A DNA stretch of 63,859 nt, the filler included, from Olpidium bornovanus S191 (lineage: Eukaryota > Fungi > Olpidiomycota): the NCBI GenBank assembly GCA_017911155.1. It is 29 parts of 29 records of this genome, joined end to end, with 100 filler letters (N's around TTAATTAATTAA, not from the genome) between each part and the next. Parts side by side here need not be neighbours in the genome. Positions count along the whole stretch, not along the records: positions 56,275 to 58,694 come from JAEFCI010009621.1; positions 58,795 to 61,575 come from JAEFCI010004136.1; positions 61,676 to 63,859 come from JAEFCI010009698.1; 26 more parts are not named here. One strand, given 5' to 3'. Made by a program: the position numbers and the translations under genes. Below are positions 58,105-63,859 of the stretch, in pieces (position 1 is the first letter of the stretch; each line of letters begins with the position of its first letter). Below the pieces are notes generated by a model, which was not told where the DNA came from, ran no database searches, and saw only the letters and a program-made list of their open reading frames with translations.

Positions 58105-59824
58105 AAAAAAAAAAACGGGGGGAAAAGGGGGGGGGGGAAAAGAAGACCGCGTGCCGCGCGTCCGCCAGACCGCGGGCGGCCCAGGGGCCGTCCGTCGCCA
58201 GGCCGAACACGGTTCCCGCGGGACACGCCCCGTCGTCACGTAAAGCTCACCGGACAGACACGTACGCCGACGTTTGCTGGACGCCCGACGAACAGAGCCG
58301 GGCGCGAGAGCCCGGCCTGCCCCGTCCCGGACACGCTCGTGCGCGGCCAGGGACGGCCCCGCCCGGAGCCCGGCGTTCGTACGAAACGTGACGCGTAAGC
58401 CCTGCTGGCGGCCGCGAAAAAGACGGCTCAGGGAGAAAAAAAAAAAAAATGCGGGACGCCGCGGGAATTCCGTCCGGTTCCCCGAACGCCGGAAGCGACC
58501 GCGGACGCTCCTTGTGGCCAGAGCGGACGCACCGGCCTCGGCTCCTGTTTCGGCCCACGCGGATTGCTCGCGCAATGTACCGTACGTCTTAGCTGATGTC
58601 ACAACGACCAGCCGAGTTTGAGAAAGCCAACGGTGTCATAGACAAATTTTTTTTTATCGTGCCAGCGAGGAAATGGCCGCTTGCGAGTCATGGANNNNNN
58701 NNNNNNNNNNNNNNNNNNNNNNNNNNNNNNNNNNNNNNTTAATTAATTAANNNNNNNNNNNNNNNNNNNNNNNNNNNNNNNNNNNNNNNNNNNNCATGAA
58801 GGTTCTTCCAGTTCTTGCCGAGGTGTGGAAGAGTTTCCACTACTACCAAAACTGGCTACGATAAGATCAGCGAATACAACAAGGGCACAAGGGATCGACA
58901 ACGCGATTCGGAGAAGGGGGCACTTCGCCGAGGAAGCAAGGTGGGGAACGAAATAACGCGCGAGAGGACGACGCGGGAAAGGGGGGGGGGTATTTACTGG
59001 GACACATCAGCTAGGGGAGGCTAAATAGAAAGTGGAACGAAATGGAAATCAGGAGGACACGGGGAGCACGACCTCACAGAGATGACCGCGGCGTCCACCT
59101 CGTTGGCCGTGAGATGCGTTTCCCGTCCACGGCCCACTGAAGGTAGTTAGTTCCGTGGATGGCGCGCTGCGTGAAAAGTCGAGAGCAGCGAGGTGTCTGT
59201 CGGCGCCAACTCTGGCAGACATAACAAAGCAGGGTGGGAAAGGGGGGACTGAAACGAGGGTGGGTGTCTTCGGCGTTGCACGCAATATGACGAAAAAGGG
59301 TAAAGGAGGAGGAGGGGAGGGAGGCCAACGAGAAACACGGGGAGGTTCGGGATCGCGCGCGCAGCACGACGGCGGGGGAGAAAGACCGGTTTGGCGTAGG
59401 TGCCGCAAACGAAGCGGCGTCAGGAAGCGCGAACGGCAAGGCGTCCCCTTTGGCGGGGGCGGCGGCGGCCCGGGGCCGGGGATGGCGGCGATCAACCGGG
59501 GGGACGCGGCGGACGAACGCGGCGAGCAAACGAGCGAACGCTTTGCAGGCCGCCGCGGCGCCGGTGGCAAAACGAAGTGAAGCAGAGGAGCAGGCGGGAG
59601 CCACGGCTCGGGGAGAGCCCCTGACGGTGCTGGATCACGTGTCGCATGACGGCTGTCAGCTCCAAAAGCCATTCTTCTCTCATCTTCGTTGGTCACGTGA
59701 CGCGGCAAAGCGCCCCCCCAGCCGCAACCCTCATCAAAAGCTTTCATTCAGAAAACGGGGGCAGAGGCCGTTTTGTTCGCGCGAGCGGCTTAAACTGCGC
59801 CCGGCCGCGTCTTGGGCGCCGCTG

Positions 59825-61575
59825 ATGGATCTGTCAAAGCTCACCGTTCTCCGGCTGCGGCAGGAGTGCAAGCAGGCGGGGCTGCGTGAGTGGCGAGCAG
59901 GCGCCTCCCGGTCGCGGGACCCGCAGGGCGAGGCGTTCCCGGCGCCTCCCGCGTATTGCGACGGCTCTCCACGCAGACCGTCCGGCTGGCTGACTTTTGA
60001 GGCCTTGTTGCTCCTAGCCTCCAGCGGCGTTAAAGCTGTCCTTATCGCCAGGCTCACGGCTGCTGCCGCAGGGAACGAGAACCACTCGTCCGCTCCGGCT
60101 GCGCCCGAGATCTGTCCGCCGCCTAGCCGAAATGTGCAAAAGGTGCGACGCTCGGCGCTTCAACGCTGCTGAACGACGTGAGCGGCATTTTGGAGTCAGT
60201 CGCCCGGTGCCCTTATGCTCTGCCCCGCCCTCCGAACGCGTTGCACCGTGCACCAGTCGTCTGCGACCCCCCCAGCCGAGCCACCCGCGCCTTGTCCCAA
60301 TCACGAGCCGGGCGCGGGCGTTTCCGTCGATCATCACGTGAAGGTAGGACGCCGCCGGCAGGCCACGACGCAAAGTAAGCGCTCAACGCTGTGACGGCCG
60401 TTTCAGGAATTTTCGATGGTAATTCTTCGCACAATTGAATCCCGTTGCACGGGAACCCGCTGTCACCATCCGCGGGACGTCGGCAGAGGCCTACAAGCAG
60501 CGATCTGCCTGCCAGCAGAATTTCAGCGCCGCGCTCCCGTCTCCGCCGGAAGCCGGCGGCCCGGCACGTACGGCCTCGAATAGTGCATATTCGCCCGCCG
60601 GGCTGAAATTATCGAAGCGGACGCATGGGGAAATGGTTGCCGGCGCAGCGTCGTGTGAGGTTCAAGACAGACCGGCAGTCGAGGCGCCGTCGACGGCGGC
60701 CTGCGCAGAAAAAACCGCAAAGCGAGCAAACCTGCAGCCGTCGGCGGCTTCGCCGCGCTTCCCGCTTTCCGGCGAAAACCGCTGTCGGCCGTTCTCCGAA
60801 AACTCATCGATGCGGAGGACGAGGCCTGCGGCTGCGACACGTCCTGCCGGAGTAAGATTTCGCTCTGCACAGTCCGCGCGGCCGGCTCGCGATGCGGGCG
60901 CGCCGACCAAGTATCGGACGCCGGGGGAAAGCGTGCAGGCCGTCCGAAAGGCCGATCACGAGACTCAAGCGCATGAATGGCCACCGTCGGCTGCGCAGCG
61001 TTTAACACAACAACCACTCGGCGGCGCCGTTGGGCCTACTCGCGACGAAACGGGGATGACCTCTGATGCAACTGAAAAACAGCCGTCAGCTCCCATCCGT
61101 TTGCAAGCTGGGGGGGAAGCCTACGTGCGGCTTGCCTTGGAGGTGTTGCGAACTAACGAGACGAAGGCAATTAAGCCAAAGACCCAAGGAAACGGCATAA
61201 TTTCGAAGCTTTCCGCACTAGGCGGCAAATCTTCGGGCCGCATTTCCCTTGGGACTCAAAGGCTGCCCAACTTTACGAGTCCGCTGACTGCAATTCAGCG
61301 TGTGCCACTTCCTAAATCCTTAGCACCAGCCCAACCAACGTCGATAGGCGGTGGCCAGGCTGTACAACGCACTATGGCGAATCTATCGAAAAGCACGCCT
61401 TCGCAGAAAGTGGACTTACTCGGTGTCAGGCCGCCTGTCGTCCAGCAACCTGATGAAGCCGCGGGCGCCTTCTGGATTCGTTTACCATCGGGCAGTTGTC
61501 CAGCGAGGACGGTACTTGAGGGGGTTGACATATGGCTGTCGGACCCGAAATTTCTCTCTGTCGCGTTGGTCATGG
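59825..61575 (+). CDS. SAP-domain protein; N-terminal SAP, disordered middle, 3' truncated
   Basis: MDLSKLTVLRLRQECKQAGL|PSSGVKAVLIARL is a SAP motif split by a GTGAGT..TAG intron. A long downstream open frame at 60435-61575 is assumed to belong to the same gene. Confidence 0.65.
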
Positions 61576-61675
61576 NNNNNNNNNNNNNNNNNNNNNNNNN
61601 NNNNNNNNNNNNNNNNNNNTTAATTAATTAANNNNNNNNNNNNNNNNNNNNNNNNNNNNNNNNNNNNNNNNNNNN

Positions 61676-62140
61676 ACTTGAGTGGTACCATCATTCCGCG
61701 CTGGGACTAGCCGGACAAGCTTGGTGAGCCGATCTATGATCAGCAGGATGCTGTCATATCTGTGGGAAGGGTACGGGGCCTCAAATGCGTCCATGGCAAG
61801 GTTGGTGAATCTGGCATAGGCAGCGGGTGTAGCATGCCTGGCTGACGGCCTCCATTCTTGTACCTCTGGCAGGTATCGCACGATGCGCACCAGGCGCGGG
61901 CGTTCTAGCAAGGCTTGGCTAGAAATACTTCTTGGAGAGGGAGCCGATCAGACGTGCCGTGCCAGGGTGGTGCGTGTCATGGGCGCTGGCGAGGAGCTGT
62001 TGGCGTAGCTCGCAGTCGGGTATGTACAGCCAATCTCCGTGGTATAGGAGATCGTCTCTTAGCACGAATTGTGGCGCTCTGCGTGAATTCGGCTGGTGCG
62101 ACACATTTTGACAGGCGAATTTGGCATATTCGTCATCTTC
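61676..62140 (-). mobile_element. Ty3/gypsy integrase remnant (zinc-binding region plus start of core), pseudogenised
   Basis: FVLRDDLLYHGDWLYIPDCELRQQLLASAHDTHHPGTARLIGSLSKKYF*PSL (YFWP motif with W to stop), then a frameshift to MDAFEAPYPSHRYDSILLIIDRLTKLVRLVP. Confidence 0.88.
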
Positions 62141-62840
62141 TATTTGTTGACGCACAGCGTCACGGATGTCGCCTATCTCGATGATGTCGGGGGCCGGCTC
62201 ATGCTCGGGGATCTTGGCGCGGCATTTCGGACAGTTCGGACAGTTCGTTTTTCTCGGAGCAAACAGGCGCTTAATGAGTCCCCGCGCCGACATTGTGCGG
62301 GAAGAGGGAAGATGTGTGTGTGTGTGCGTGCGAACCAAAACGGTGGGGGTGTACGGGAGTGAGTGAGTGAGTGTATGAGCGGATGCAGCATGACGCCGAT
62401 TCGCCCTCGCCAAAACGCCTCTGGAAAAATTCAAAAACGAAAAACGTATTGTCGGCGATCCCGCCTTGCGGGGCGGCCAATGTTAAGATTTTTCACGTTC
62501 GGCTCAGCGGGCACCTATTCGACGGGTCAGCCCGCTCGGCGCACCTGGCGGATGAGCCTCCGTCACCTAACTGTGCGGGACCCTCGTGCGCGCGCCCACC
62601 TGGTAGTAGTCACGCCGCGCCGCTCGCTGCCGCTTCCCCGCCGGCGGCGTTGGGTCGGGCGACGCGGAAGAGAAGCGAGTGTTTTTCCCTTCCGTGACGC
62701 GCGGCCGCAGGGGCCGAAGCGGGTGGGGGGCGGGTTGTTAGTCGAGGGCCTCTCTCTTCTCTCTCTCTCCCTCGCACGCGGAATTTCCCATCCTTCCCGC
62801 CGATTCGTACTCCGCGTTCGCCTCCCCCCTCCCCACCGCC

Positions 62841-63768
62841 ATGGCCGCCCTGGACTTCCAGGACGGTCTGCTCGAGAAGGTGGGCCCATCCGCGCTCGCT
62901 GCTTACCCGAAGGGGGCCCCGCTGCCGCTCGGGCGCGCAGGTACCCGCTCGGAAAAAGACGCCCGCTGAATTTCTGCCGCATCTCAACCCCCCCCCTTCT
63001 CCCCCCCCCGCCTCCCTCGGTTTCGCGCAGCTGAATAAGTTCCGGTTCCAGACGAAGAACAAGGGTTCAACGTGGGAGGGGCGCGGGGTTGGGAAGGGAG
63101 AGGGGGAGAGGGACGGGGAGGGTTCTGTCGCCTGAAAACCGAGTGCTTTGTTGCCTCGTCTGACCGCCGTTCGTCCTCTGCCCTGCGCGATGTTGCACTC
63201 CTTGCCCACTTGTGCAGAGCATTCGTCATCAAGGTCGACCGGGAGAAGCTGGAGATCGAGGAAGTGAGTGCTCCCAAAGAAAAAACGGGCCGGCGGATTT
63301 GGCCGACTCGCGCAGCGCTCAACTGCGCGACGCGCTCCACGGACCACCCCCCGTCGGCCTTCCGCTCAAAAAGGACGAGATCTACGAAAACATCAGGTGC
63401 AGAAGAGCGGGCTTTCCTGGACCTGGTGCCGAGAAAAGTGCGGAACATTGAGCCCTTTGTTCGGATGTTCATGCCCGGTTCTTCCCGTCCTTCCACCGTG
63501 ACATCCTCAAACAGCCTTGACGATCTAAGAGAAGAACTGCCGGAATCACGCCCACGATACATCGTTTTGTCGTACGGTGAGCGAACGCTTTGAGAAGGAT
63601 CCCGCAGGGGCCGCCCAGCAGGGAAATACTTTTCGGACGAGAAAATATTTTGCCGCGGGGCTGATACTAGAAACGGCACCTTGCCGCGGGGCCGGGACTT
63701 CGTAGAATTCAAGCACGCCGACGGTCGTGTCTCGTACCCTCTTGTGCTGATATACTATTCGCCCACGA
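62841..63768 (+). CDS. GMF: Glia maturation factor (ADF-H family, Aim7/GMF), multi-exon; 3' truncated
   Basis: Exons join to MAALDFQDGLLEK|LNKFRFQTKNKGST|AFVIKVDREKLEIEE|DEIYENIS|LDDLREELPESRPRYIVLSY|EFKHADGRVSYPLVLIYYSPT. Confidence 0.9.
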
Positions 63769-63859
63769 GTAAGTGCGACTCGAGTAAACTTGTATCGATA
63801 CGTCGTCGCGGCGCGCCATTAAACGAACCTGTGCAGCGGCGAAGACAGAAGAGAACATG

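Larger units (their letters stand above)
1643..61675. other. 28 artificial 100-nt linkers (N44 + TTAATTAATTAA + N44) joining 29 independent assembly segments (first linker 1643-1742, last 61576-61675)
   Basis: Identical linker at every gap. TTAATTAATTAA gives stops in all six frames. No gene continues across a linker. Confidence 0.97.

Noticed and set aside
1-63859. rRNA, tRNA or other structured ncRNA genes
   Set aside because: I recognised none by eye. A covariance-model search (tRNAscan-SE, Infernal/Rfam) would be needed to exclude them.

Overview
This is not one contiguous locus. It is 29 short genomic segments (about 1-4 kb) joined by 28 identical 100-nt linkers (N44-TTAATTAATTAA-N44, stops in all six frames). 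Genes are truncated at the linkers and do not continue across them, so gene neighbourhood across linkers is uninformative. The DNA is GC-rich, intron-rich and eukaryotic, with fungal-type genes (Sok1/Tcp11, Vcx1, Gyp5-like TBC, pyruvate carboxylase, Asn synthetase) plus axonemal genes (CFAP251, TOGARAM, WDR87/97-like) and a DHCR7. This points to a zoosporic, early-diverging fungus (inference). Recognisable gene fragments: phosducin-like, ABCB transporter, Fray/OSR1-like kinase tail, F-box/LRR, LRR plus Cys-rich protein, PRP38, CTNNBL1, FEN1, P5B-ATPase, RhoGAP, EGF-repeat protein, SAP protein and GMF, plus decayed Ty1/copia and Ty3/gypsy pieces. Best leads: (1) the PRP38 start codon is split by an intron (AT|G), so the unspliced RNA reads ATG-TAA; (2) an OSR1-like kinase carries five RFx[V/I] motifs and a TSC22-like zipper in its own tail; (3) an intron-free LRR ORF carries a 44-Cys zinc-finger array; (4) a degenerate motif-spacer repeat array lies next to a spliced CCHC gene; (5) 25 of 58 segment ends fall on CATG, most likely from NlaIII-based library preparation. 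No prokaryotic-type system (CRISPR, defence island) is supported.
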